In this document: positions 1-8,179 of the stretch, in pieces | Layout: each line of letters begins with the position of its first letter | How positions within the stretch are numbered: the first letter of the stretch is position 1 | IMG/VR virus record: IMGVR_UViG_3300045594_000145 | Span: 44,946-108,945 of that record | Source of the DNA: a virus | Taxonomy: Duplodnaviria; Caudoviricetes | Reading direction: 5' to 3' (one strand) | DNA: 64,000 nucleotides | Notes under the pieces: generated by a model | Databases searched by the model: none | Told to the model about the DNA's origin: nothing | Seen by the model: only the letters and a program-made list of their open reading frames with translations | Translations under genes and position numbers: made by a program

Positions 1-34
1 GAGGGCAGATGTACTACCATTATACGAATAGAAC
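1..34 (-). tRNA. tRNA, 5' half only (truncated by window edge; anticodon not readable)
   Basis: Reverse complement GTTCTAT-TC-GTAT-AATGGTA-GTAC-A-TCTGC-CCTC gives an acceptor strand, a D-arm with TGG and the start of an anticodon arm; abuts the next tRNA. Confidence 0.7.
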
Positions 35-35
35 A

Positions 36-109
36 TGGCTGGCTCTAAGTGAATTGAACACTTATACTCTCCTTAACAGGGAGGAGTTCTACCATTGAAC
101 TAAGAGCCA
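36..109 (-). tRNA. tRNA-Asn(GTT)
   Basis: Cloverleaf TGGCTCT/AGAGCCA, D-arm GTTC/GAAC, loop CT-GTT-AA, TTCAATT T-loop, encoded CCA. Confidence 0.93.
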
Positions 110-227
110 ATATTAAGCACTATCGCAGTACCCGCGTCCCTTGCTATTATTGATAGCGCCGGAGACAGCTGATTTTTTAAACGTCGCGACCGAATCATCC
201 TAGATGTTAGACGGTCTATTCCAGACG
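110..227 (-). ncRNA. candidate small structured RNA inside the tRNA cluster
   Basis: ORF-free; minus-strand stems CGTC/GACG, GACCG/CGGTC, CATC/GATG and GCGCTATC/GATAGTGC. Confidence 0.4.
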
Positions 228-230
228 TAG

Positions 231-301
231 CACAGGAGCAAGGATTTGAACCTCGATAAGCAGTTTTGGAGACTGCCGTCCTGCCGTTGGACGACTCCTA
301 T
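231..301 (-). tRNA. tRNA-Trp(CCA)
   Basis: ATAGGAG/CTCCTGT acceptor, GCAGT-CT-CCA-AA-ACTGC anticodon arm, GGTTCAAATCC T-arm. Confidence 0.93.
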
Positions 302-306
302 ATAAG

Positions 307-381
307 CCTTCTCTGAGAGAGTTGAACTCTCAACCTCTTCGTTCGTAGCGAAGCCGTCTATCCAATTGACTATAAGAGAAG
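307..381 (-). tRNA. tRNA-Arg(ACG)
   Basis: CTTCTCT/AGAGAAG acceptor, CTTCG-CT-ACG-AA-CGAAG arm, GAGAG-TTCAACT-CTCTC T-arm. Confidence 0.9.
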
Positions 382-387
382 ATAATA

Positions 388-458
388 AGCCGGCTGGGAG
401 AGTTGAACTCACATTTACAGCTTACAAGGCAGTTGGTCTACCGTTAATCTAAGCCGGC
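388..458 (-). tRNA. tRNA-Thr(TGT)
   Basis: GCCGGCT/AGCCGGC acceptor, loop CT-TGT-AA, GAG-TTCAACT-CTC T-arm; some stem mismatches. Confidence 0.85.
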
Positions 459-462
459 ATAG

Positions 463-535
463 CACGCTCATAGAGATTTGAACTCTAATTATGCGCTTAG
501 AAGGCGCATGCCCTATCCAATTAGACTATAAGCGT
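463..535 (-). tRNA. tRNA-Arg(TCT)
   Basis: ACGCTTA/TGAGCGT acceptor, TGCGC-CT-TCT-AA-GCGCA arm, TAGAG-TTCAAAT-CTCTA T-arm. Confidence 0.92.
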
Positions 536-539
536 ATAG

Positions 540-612
540 TTGCGTGAGGCCGGAATTGCACCGGCGACCTCTTGGTTATGAGCCAAGCGAGCTACTACTG
601 CTCCACTCCGCG
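540..612 (-). tRNA. tRNA-Met(CAT), initiator-like
   Basis: C1:A72 mismatch, A11-U24 pair, CTTGG-CT-CAT-AA-CCAAG arm, GCCGG-TGCAATT-CCGGC T-arm. Confidence 0.88.
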
Positions 613-689
613 ATAAGAGATAATATTAAAGAAGAAAACTCTTTCCTTACTATATAATATTATCATAAATCTATGAAAGTGTCAAGAAA

Positions 690-882
690 CACTTTCTGTC
701 ATCTTTTGTTTCAATCTGAACTTCGGTTCTGCTGATGACTTACCGATACACGTAGTAAAACTACAATTTGTGAACGTCACTTCTATTCACTTGCGCCTGT
801 CGTTTAAAGATGGCGCTGACGCCGCAAAACTCTTTTACGGAGAACTAGTGCATGGGTTTATAAGGTTTTCCTTCCTTTACTA
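690..882 (-). ncRNA. candidate ~190-nt multi-hairpin ncRNA with its own promoter
   Basis: Directly downstream of a perfect promoter (888-916), no credible ORF, five consecutive hairpins. Confidence 0.45.
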
Positions 883-887
883 TATAT

Positions 888-916
888 ATTATACTACTTT
901 TTTAAAATTTTGTCAA
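888..916 (-). promoter_or_regulatory. sigmaA-type promoter
   Basis: TTGACA-17 nt-TATAAT exact. Confidence 0.85.
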
Positions 917-935
917 GTGGTTTTCTCTAAAACTT

Positions 936-1592
936 TTACCAAGCCGTTGCAATATCTAGTTGAGTTGGATTACCCTCAGCAAAACCACCCGTATCTGCTA
1001 CGATTGCTTCCCCTAAAGAACATAAAACAATCGAACCGCGAGGCCGCAGATTAAGATTAGCCGCAACCATAACATAGCTGCCAAGCATCTTCGCGCCATC
1101 CGATCTTACCCAATATGGATATTCTTCTGCTGAATAGCCCATATTTCTCATAATTCTAACAACCCCACTCATATCAAGATTATAGTAAGTTTCTTTGCCA
1201 GATGGCCCGATAATAGAACCATTAGACGGGTTAAGAACTGCGCCGCTATAATCTATCGTATAAGTAGACTGCGTTACAGAACTTTGAGCAGCCTGTATAG
1301 CTTCTTCTGCGGCCTTCTTGGCGGCTTCATCCTCAATCTGTTGGTTTAGTGTGTCAATCTGTGTATTCAAATCATCCTGTGCGGCTATAAGAGCAACATT
1401 TTTTTCACAAAGTAGTTTATTAGTTTCATTTTTATCATTATTTTCTACGATTAAAGCAGCGTTTTGTGCTGCAATATCTTCATTTTTATTTTGTAGTGTA
1501 TTATTTGCCTTGTAGGTGATTGATGTAGTAACTATTCCTATAAAGATAACTACTGCTAACAGGATAGTTAAGCATTTTTCTCGTTTTGTCAT
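936..1592 (-). CDS. membrane-anchored coiled-coil protein with C-terminal 3D-like (cell-wall hydrolase-like) domain
   Basis: N-terminal TM helix, coiled coil, then ETYYNL...VAAN...DTGG...LDIAT; RBS GGAGG before MTKREK. Confidence 0.7.
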   Translation of the reverse strand: MTKREKCLTILLAVVIFIGIVTTSITYKANNTLQNKNEDIAAQNAALIVENNDKNETNKLLCEKNVALIAAQDDLNTQIDTLNQQIEDEAAKKAAEEAIQAAQSSVTQSTYTIDYSGAVLNPSNGSIIGPSGKETYYNLDMSGVVRIMRNMGYSAEEYPYWVRSDGAKMLGSYVMVAANLNLRPRGSIVLCSLGEAIVADTGGFAEGNPTQLDIATAW

Positions 1593-1626
1593 TTTCCTCC
1601 TATGCCCCACGACAAAAAAGTCTGGA

Positions 1627-1779
1627 TCACTTTAAGTCATGACGTCTTTTTAAATATTCTTGGTAATCTCTTTCTCTGCGCTCGTCTTCTAAAGAAGCCG
1701 CCTTTGCTAAAGCAAAAACCATTACTAATAATCCGCCAATAACAATAATAGTCATAATAAAAGCTTGTAACTTTAACAT
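1627..1779 (-). CDS. small membrane protein (50 aa, not in ORF track)
   Basis: MLKLQAFIMTIIVIGGLLVMVFALAKAASLEDERRERDYQEYLKRRHDLK; AAGGAG RBS; start overlaps the upstream stop. Confidence 0.6.
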   Translation of the reverse strand: MLKLQAFIMTIIVIGGLLVMVFALAKAASLEDERRERDYQEYLKRRHDLK

Positions 1780-2123
1780 CAAACTATCTCCTTCTTGTAG
1801 ACCTGAGCAACCATTAAATCTGGAGCTGTCCGCGCATACCGAACTTTATCGGCATATTTCTTCATGTCTGTATCGTCATCTTCATACAGAATATTTCTAT
1901 ACCAGTCAAGGATAGTTTGAATATTCTCATTTGAAGATTTCCCTTCAGAAGTTCCGCCCTGCATCTTTGCACAAGTTAATAGGCACTCTGCGGCTTCTTC
2001 ATCAGTTTCTAACATACCTTCCATTGCAATAATTAAATCTGCTGGAAATTCAATAATGAACTTGCTCGGCCAATCTTTGTATAAAATATTGACTGTCTCC
2101 TTCTTCTTCTGTTTTATAATCAT
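1779..2123 (-). CDS. hypothetical protein
   Basis: ORF in a tightly packed minus-strand operon. Confidence 0.65.
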   Translation of the reverse strand: MIIKQKKKETVNILYKDWPSKFIIEFPADLIIAMEGMLETDEEAAECLLTCAKMQGGTSEGKSSNENIQTILDWYRNILYEDDDTDMKKYADKVRYARTAPDLMVAQVYKKEIV

Positions 2124-2724
2124 ATTTCCACTCTCTAAACTTTCTAGCGGCTACATCAAAATATTGAGGATTAACAAATACATACGTCAGCGGCCAGCGC
2201 GCAGAATATCTTGTGCAATATATTACTCCTAAATCTCTTAAAGCATCTAAATAGTAACTCACAGTAGTGTGTGAATAATTACTTAGTTTTGCTAAAGTTG
2301 AAACTTTGGGGTGAAGAGTAGATTTAACAGGATTTAATCTTGATAAGATATAAAGATTTCTTAGTCTATAATATATCACTAGCAATGAACTTGCATTATT
2401 TTTATACTCGCCAGAGACAATTTTATTATATGCCTCATCTGGGATCGGGGTATAATTAAATTCTCCATTGTCCGCGCAATGGCAAATAATAATTGGTTCA
2501 TTTATCGTGGTATGGTCTCTCTTTATAACCCCAAGAGAAGATAATTTATCAAGTTGCCTTAATATGCTAGATTTTGATACTCCTGCTAATTCTGCTAATT
2601 CTTTGGTCTTTAATGTGCAAACTCCATTTATTTCTTTCTTGTTAAGGATAGAATATAATAAAGTTACACTTTGATTGTGGGAAGTCATAATTGCATCCAT
2701 ATCAATCTGAGTCAAATTTATCAT
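2050..2724 (-). CDS. tandem winged-HTH DNA-binding protein (replication-initiator-like)
   Basis: Two HTH motifs: KELAELAGVSKSSILRQLDKLSSLGVI and PKVSTLAKLSNYSHTTVSYYLDALRDLGVI; own promoter upstream. Confidence 0.7.
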   Translation of the reverse strand: MINLTQIDMDAIMTSHNQSVTLLYSILNKKEINGVCTLKTKELAELAGVSKSSILRQLDKLSSLGVIKRDHTTINEPIIICHCADNGEFNYTPIPDEAYNKIVSGEYKNNASSLLVIYYRLRNLYILSRLNPVKSTLHPKVSTLAKLSNYSHTTVSYYLDALRDLGVIYCTRYSARWPLTYVFVNPQYFDVAARKFREWKYDYKTEEEGDSQYFIQRLAEQVHY

Positions 2725-2778
2725 TTATTTTTCCTCATAATTATATATTATCATATTTTTTAACATTTGTCAAGGAAT

Positions 2779-3063
2779 TTAATTTAAATGAGAAAAATCT
2801 TTTTTCTCATTCTCCTCTTGCGCCTTCTCAGACAGATCTTTAAGGCTGTCGTAGGTATTGTCTAAAATAGTATTTAAATCTTTAACCGATATGCTCCCTT
2901 CTTCTCCGTAGATGTGTGCGACACCATTTTTAATGGCTTTAATCTGAGATAACGAACCCAAATATACGCCTTTTTTGTAGGCTTCTTTTATACTATCCTC
3001 AATTTCATCATAAAGCTCATAATATCTTTTTAAAGATTCTTCGTCTTTATCATTACTTGACAT
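2779..3063 (-). CDS. hypothetical protein
   Basis: ORF overlapping the upstream gene stop. Confidence 0.65.
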   Translation of the reverse strand: MSSNDKDEESLKRYYELYDEIEDSIKEAYKKGVYLGSLSQIKAIKNGVAHIYGEEGSISVKDLNTILDNTYDSLKDLSEKAQEENEKKDFSHLN

Positions 3064-3412
3064 TTTTTTCGCTCGTTACTTTTAGTTGAGAGTGAAAGTC
3101 ATCTACGAAGTCTGTCGGAGTTCTTGTAGTAGAAGTTGTATTATCCTTCTTAATCAAAGTTGCATCGGCGCTACTATTATTACAAGTAGATGTGAATTTA
3201 GATGGACCCCAAACAGGCACTACCTTTGGTGTCTCTAGTGGCGCAGTGGGAAAAGGGAAATTATTATATACAACTGGTGAATTTAAAATATATCCGATCG
3301 TTTCATCTATCCCATTATTAAAATCATCATGACTAATTTCTGCAAGATTATACTTGATATGATATAGGAAATCTAAACAATCTCTTTTCTTCTGTAAATC
3401 TGTTTTTTCCAT
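3053..3412 (-). CDS. hypothetical protein
   Basis: ORF with AGGAG RBS. Confidence 0.65.
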   Translation of the reverse strand: MEKTDLQKKRDCLDFLYHIKYNLAEISHDDFNNGIDETIGYILNSPVVYNNFPFPTAPLETPKVVPVWGPSKFTSTCNNSSADATLIKKDNTTSTTRTPTDFVDDFHSQLKVTSEKNVK

Positions 3413-3646
3413 TTTATTTTTCTCCTATTTCTTTCATTATGTTTTTATATCTTTTGCGGATACAAATATAATATTATTATAATTATCTACAATCACTCTG
3501 GAATTATCTACCACAGGCCGCATTTAATGTTATTCTTCTTCTTCAATTATTCTTCACTCTTTATCTTAATGACAGGAGGAACTACGATAATGATTGCAGC
3601 AACAACTAAAACCGCAAAGGTCTTGATGATGAAGGATGTTTTAATT

Positions 3647-3967
3647 CTACCAGTTGTTTTCATTTTTTTCTCTCCAACGTGTTACAGTTACAAGTCTTGT
3701 TTCTTCTTTTTTTACTACTTCAACCGGATTAAAAGGGAAATAGTTCTCTTGGTGTTCCGTTAAACCCTGCTCCCAAGTGAAGCGAAAATACCTGTCTTCA
3801 GCTTTTAGTATAGTAGTTACTGAACGAGTCCAACGACCAAGGTCTGAACTGAAATTTTCATCCACAAGTTCAAGGGGTTCTTTTTTATAATGATGGCAAT
3901 AAATTAGTTCTTTTAATTCATCTTTTGTAAACTCATGGTCTGAGTCATAATCTTTAAGAAATTTCAT
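3647..3967 (-). CDS. hypothetical phage protein (paralog of 4253-4576)
   Basis: MKFLxDYDSDH...RWTRxVTT...DRYFR.xWxQGLTExQEN shared; AAGGAG RBS. Confidence 0.85.
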   Translation of the reverse strand: MKFLKDYDSDHEFTKDELKELIYCHHYKKEPLELVDENFSSDLGRWTRSVTTILKAEDRYFRFTWEQGLTEHQENYFPFNPVEVVKKEETRLVTVTRWREKNENNW

Positions 3968-4252
3968 AATGGTTTTCTCCTTTTAGTAGATGAAATTTGA
4001 TAGTTCTATTCAAAGTAAAAGAGCCTAGTCTACCATACTTACTCATGCGCGATCGCAAAGTCCATTGTTAACTGAGGGAAGTCTGAGTCACTGCGGTCTC
4101 ATTTCCTACTAAGCCGGAGAAGGTATTATCCATGATGGCAATTTCATGTTCACTTAGTCTTACAACGAGGGTTCCTTCTCCATTATCCATCTCTAAAATT
4201 TGCATATTTATCTTTCCTCTTTCTATATAGGGTGGCCGCATTAGCCTTTAGT

Positions 4253-4576
4253 TTATATCGCTTTTCTGACAACTTCCCATGTGGTTGTAGTAGTTTGTAC
4301 CATTTTTGTTTCAGTGTGCGGGATAACTTCATCAATCTTGTCCCAGTAAGAGTTCTCTTGGTATTCTGTTAAGCCTTGTGCCCAGTTGACTCTAAAATAT
4401 CTATCTTTGACCTTGAAGGTGGTAGTTACATTACGAGTCCAACGATCAAGCATTTCAGAATAGTCTGTATCAACAATTTCAATAGGCTCGTTGTGGTAGA
4501 TTTGATCACAAACCAGTTCTTCTATTTCGTCCTCAGAGAAGCAATGATCTGAGTCGTAGTCTTCAAGAAATTTCAT
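4253..4576 (-). CDS. hypothetical phage protein (paralog of 3647-3967)
   Basis: Same motifs; AAGGAG RBS. Confidence 0.85.
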   Translation of the reverse strand: MKFLEDYDSDHCFSEDEIEELVCDQIYHNEPIEIVDTDYSEMLDRWTRNVTTTFKVKDRYFRVNWAQGLTEYQENSYWDKIDEVIPHTETKMVQTTTTTWEVVRKAI

Positions 4577-4680
4577 ATATTTTTTCTCCTTTTAGTTAAG
4601 ATATATAGTGATGCGGTCATGGTTAGAAATATTTGTAGAAGGAATGATTTCTTAATTGTCCCGCTTGTCCTTATAATTAA

Positions 4681-5340
4681 TCACTTCTCGCAGAAGTCAC
4701 AAACTTTAACCTTAGTGACAATGCGGCGCCCTCTGCGGTCACGCAATTCAAGAATAGGCTTACAGACAAGGCCTTCCATCACTAAAGAAGGATCCTCAGC
4801 AACAAGAGAAGTAGGCTTTGTCTTGACAAAAGCAATAGCTTCAGCTAGTGTCGCAGAAGGAAGTACAACTGGGGCCGCAGATATACCAAATTTAGTGGCA
4901 ACATCTTCAACATCCTGCCGAGAAAGGTATAGGTCGCCCTCAGGGAAATATACATCAAAGAGCGCAAAGCCGCAAGAGTCGTGTAAATATCTTCCTCCAC
5001 CCTTTTGAATCTTCGCCCCATAACCTTCTCCAAAGAGAATAACCTGAGTCGAGCCAAAGACTTGCTCAAAGAGTTCCTCGGTGTTAGAGTCTCCAAAAGT
5101 AGAAGTCAAGTAGAAAACTAGATTAGAAGGAAGTTGCGCCCTGTCAGTGTGTCCCGCAAAAGATACTCGATGCCCATCCCAGATAACTCTGGTATTAGTT
5201 CCGTCAATTTTTTCAGTGCAACAGAATGGCAAGTCTTTAATAAACTCAAGTTCCTCAGAACGATATGCGCCCTCTATTAACCTCTTAGTCCCATCTTCCG
5301 CTCTGCGGAATGGAGTTTCTATCTTTTGATATTCAATCAT
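4681..5340 (-). CDS. ATP-dependent RNA ligase (Rnl2-like nucleotidyltransferase domain)
   Basis: Motif I TEKIDGTN, motif III LFGEGYG, IIIa FALFDV, IV EGLVCKP, V KVK. Confidence 0.85.
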   Translation of the reverse strand: MIEYQKIETPFRRAEDGTKRLIEGAYRSEELEFIKDLPFCCTEKIDGTNTRVIWDGHRVSFAGHTDRAQLPSNLVFYLTSTFGDSNTEELFEQVFGSTQVILFGEGYGAKIQKGGGRYLHDSCGFALFDVYFPEGDLYLSRQDVEDVATKFGISAAPVVLPSATLAEAIAFVKTKPTSLVAEDPSLVMEGLVCKPILELRDRRGRRIVTKVKVCDFCEK

Positions 5341-5582
5341 AATCTTTCCTCCTTATCTAAAATAATTATATCATATTTTTTAGAAATCGTCAAAAATTTG
5401 CACTGCGAAATTAGAGCATTTCGAGGGAAATTTATAGGGTTTTCCCTGAAAAAAGGCTCTTTTATTTATGCTTTAAATCAACCAAAAAGCGTTTTTAATG
5501 CAAAAACTTGACAGTATAAGTAAAGGAAATGATAACTCATTTTCCAGAAAAAATCTAACGATTTTTTCTTCCAAATTCGTTA

Positions 5583-5626
5583 TCATTTCCTTAGGAGAAA
5601 AGTGCCTTCGGCACTTTTCTCCTAGG
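5583..5626. repeat. long inverted repeat / hairpin
   Basis: TAGGAGAAAAGTGCC-TTC-GGCACTTTTCTCCTA (C-UUCG-G loop on the plus strand). Confidence 0.7.
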
Positions 5627-6120
5627 GCGGTTTCAAATATTCCAGAAAAACGGATTATCTAATCCATCCAAAGGTCATGACTATCCCTTATCCTCTTAGT
5701 TCATGCAGAGGGGATAGATAAAATCCTAACATAGTGGCGCATATCTTTCTTCTTCTTCTTTTTCTTCTATGGCTCTATTGTTTCTCTTCTAGTGTCTATG
5801 AGAGGAACTAGGAGTCAGTGTAATGGTAGATATGCGGTCTTTCTTCTGTATTGCTTCTTCCTCTATTGAAAAAACTTTCGCCGTTGGCTCAGTTTTTTCC
5901 CTTAGAGCAAGATCTGCTGCGCAGATCTTCCTCTGCTAACTACTGGGTAGTTTTGATATGCGCCTGCCGCATTTGTAAAGAGATGGCTTCGCCATCTATT
6001 TACCCTAGCTCGCTTCGCTCGCGCCAGACGTCAGCAGAGGAGGAGTGGAGGAAGGAAGATAGAAGAGAGATTGCGGCCCTTAGAAGACTGTTCCGCGTTT
6101 TATCTAAATTCGGCAATGTT

Positions 6121-6417
6121 CTATTTTGCCGAATTTTGATGAACTATAGGGAGTCTAGGGGTTCTAGGGGTTCTTGAGAATATGCGCGAACAATGAACAC
6201 TTCGGAAATGCTTTTCAAACCACTCTTCCGATTTCAACTCCAAGAAATCAAAGAAATAAGTCTTATTAGTTCTATAATCAATCATGTAAACAACGATATA
6301 GTCTTCAAAAGAACGGGCTGTAAAGTCGCAAAAGCTAGTTGTCCATTCCTTAACTAAAGGGAGATCTTCATAGGTAACTGAAGACTCGGTTGTTCCTTTT
6401 GTAAAATACATTAGCAT
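6121..6417 (-). CDS. hypothetical protein (paralog of 10074-10343)
   Basis: Shared YxIDxRxNxTxFFDF...EEWxExHFRSxHCSRxFSRxP. Confidence 0.8.
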   Translation of the reverse strand: MLMYFTKGTTESSVTYEDLPLVKEWTTSFCDFTARSFEDYIVVYMIDYRTNKTYFFDFLELKSEEWFEKHFRSVHCSRIFSRTPRTPRLPIVHQNSAK

Positions 6418-6595
6418 AGTATATTTCCTTTCAACTTTATAATATCACAGCAATAGTAAAAGGTCAAAGGAAGCGCGCGGAGCGCGATTCCTGTCGCAGA
6501 AAATTGACTCTTCCAAAAAAAGATGGTAAAATATATATAGATAGAAAAATAAATTGCGTTCGCGCAAGTGCGCGCAAGTGTTTATAGAGGTGTGT

Positions 6596-6790
6596 ATGCT
6601 TATAAGAAAGAGTTCATTAAGAGAGGTGAGTCGAAGGGGGGTGTGGCCTCAGCGTACGCTCCTTCCACGAGAGGTTGATGGTTTCTATATGTTGCTTTTA
6701 GATGTTGAAGATATAACGGAGCGCATATCTGGTGGAACCCTAACAAAAGCGGAACATCAAGAAGCGTATATATTATTGCCCTCTCTCTAA
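6596..6790 (+). CDS. small hypothetical protein (64 aa)
   Basis: Plus-strand promoter TTGACT-17-TAAAAT (6504-6532) and GAGGTG RBS before the ATG at 6596. Confidence 0.45.
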   Translation: MLIRKSSLREVSRRGVWPQRTLLPREVDGFYMLLLDVEDITERISGGTLTKAEHQEAYILLPSL

Positions 6791-6983
6791 AGTTAATTCT
6801 TCTTTTACTATTTAAAGTATATCATAAAAAAAAAGAGCCTGTCAACCAGACTCTTTAGTAAACTAAAACTTTAAGTTCCAATCTGAAAAAGCATCTTTAT
6901 CAATTTGCTAATGTTGATGATTTTTTAAGATCTGTTGCCATTTCTTATTTCCACAACCATATTCTGCTTTAAATCAGATTTTT

Positions 6984-7304
6984 TCATCTTCCTTTTTCCT
7001 CTTCATTTCTTACAACATCTTCAACATTCAAAGCGAAGGAGACAACACAAAAATAAGATTCTTTAAAGAACAAATAATTATAAACTTCGTCCTTTTTCAT
7101 ACCAGCTTGTTCTTCTGTTATCTCACCCCAAGTTAAGCGCTGAGCTATTTCATATTTTTCTTTTAATTCTTTATCCTCTTTGATCTTTTTGTCTCTTAAC
7201 TCTTCTGCGCCGCGCTTATTATCGAAAACACCTACAATCCATTCTTCGTGATCAGAATATTCTCCGCTTTCACCATTAACTATGTATATTCTTTTGTTTT
7301 CCAT
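6984..7304 (-). CDS. hypothetical phage protein
   Basis: IYIVxGExGEYSDxxEWIVGVF motif typical of small phage proteins; AAGGAG RBS. Confidence 0.8.
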   Translation of the reverse strand: MENKRIYIVNGESGEYSDHEEWIVGVFDNKRGAEELRDKKIKEDKELKEKYEIAQRLTWGEITEEQAGMKKDEVYNYLFFKESYFCVVSFALNVEDVVRNEEEKGR

Positions 7305-7335
7305 TGTCTTTCTCCTTTATCGCTGATACGATATC

Positions 7336-7614
7336 TCATTTATCCATAGAGTTTTCAACTTCCACTTTCGCAAGTTTGTCTCTATAAATTGCCTCCAGAT
7401 TGTTCCAAAAATTTGCTGGTAGTCCAAGAACCATCTCAAGTCGATTCGCAACATCAGGTGTCAACTGGACTTCACCGTTGACTAAATGACTCACATGCTT
7501 CTCTGACATACCCATTCGAGAAGCAAATTCTTTCTGACTCATACCACGGTTCTCTAATTGTTCTTTTATAGTGGCACCGGGTGGAGTAGCTATAAAGTTC
7601 CGACTCCTCGTCAT
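7336..7614 (-). CDS. higA: HigA-family XRE antitoxin-like HTH protein (orphan)
   Basis: ATPPGATIKEQLExRGMSQKEFAxRMxMSEKHxSxLxNGExxLTxxxAxRLExVLGxxAxFWxNLExxY. Confidence 0.8.
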   Translation of the reverse strand: MTRSRNFIATPPGATIKEQLENRGMSQKEFASRMGMSEKHVSHLVNGEVQLTPDVANRLEMVLGLPANFWNNLEAIYRDKLAKVEVENSMDK

Positions 7615-7648
7615 AATGTTTTCCTCCTTTAATTACGAAGCAGGTAAC

Positions 7649-8014
7649 TCAAGAAAGATCAGCAAGAGCTAACTCAATACAAGATTTAAGCAAGTACTGA
7701 CGAATGAAAGAATCATCAATCCGAACATCTTCGTCTGGAGAAATCTCTAGTGCTTCAACAGCTTCAAAAAGTAAAGGAATGTTAGAAGCAACAGCTTCTG
7801 CGGCATCCTCTTCCCTAGAGAAATAGTAAGAATAACCTCCAGTAATGTTATCGAGCGATTCTAATTCATCGTAGAGAGAGGCAATAACCTCATTGGCAGA
7901 TGGATCTTTTGGAAGTTCATGTCGAGCCGCGTAATCTTCAAGAGAATCATAATTAGAGTGAAAGTATGAAACAATATTAGAAATCATGGAGCTTTCATAA
8001 TCATAACAGGACAT
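7649..8014 (-). CDS. acidic helical hypothetical protein
   Basis: AAGGAG RBS before MSCYDY; own promoter; strongly Asp/Glu rich. Confidence 0.75.
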   Translation of the reverse strand: MSCYDYESSMISNIVSYFHSNYDSLEDYAARHELPKDPSANEVIASLYDELESLDNITGGYSYYFSREEDAAEAVASNIPLLFEAVEALEISPDEDVRIDDSFIRQYLLKSCIELALADLS

Positions 8015-8179
8015 TTTAGTTCTCCTTTCTTTAATATATATATTATAACACAAAAGAGAAGAAAAGTCAACAGGGGCCGCAAAATGGGTTCAAAGAATGG
8101 GGAAAAGATACCCCCCTGTTCCGCTCGCCCCCCCCCTTTTTTTTCAATATCTAAGAAATCTATAAAGCAGCGGCGCCAA

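Noticed and set aside
200-412. 70-aa ORF
   Set aside because: Overlaps tRNA-Trp, tRNA-Arg and tRNA-Thr; spurious.
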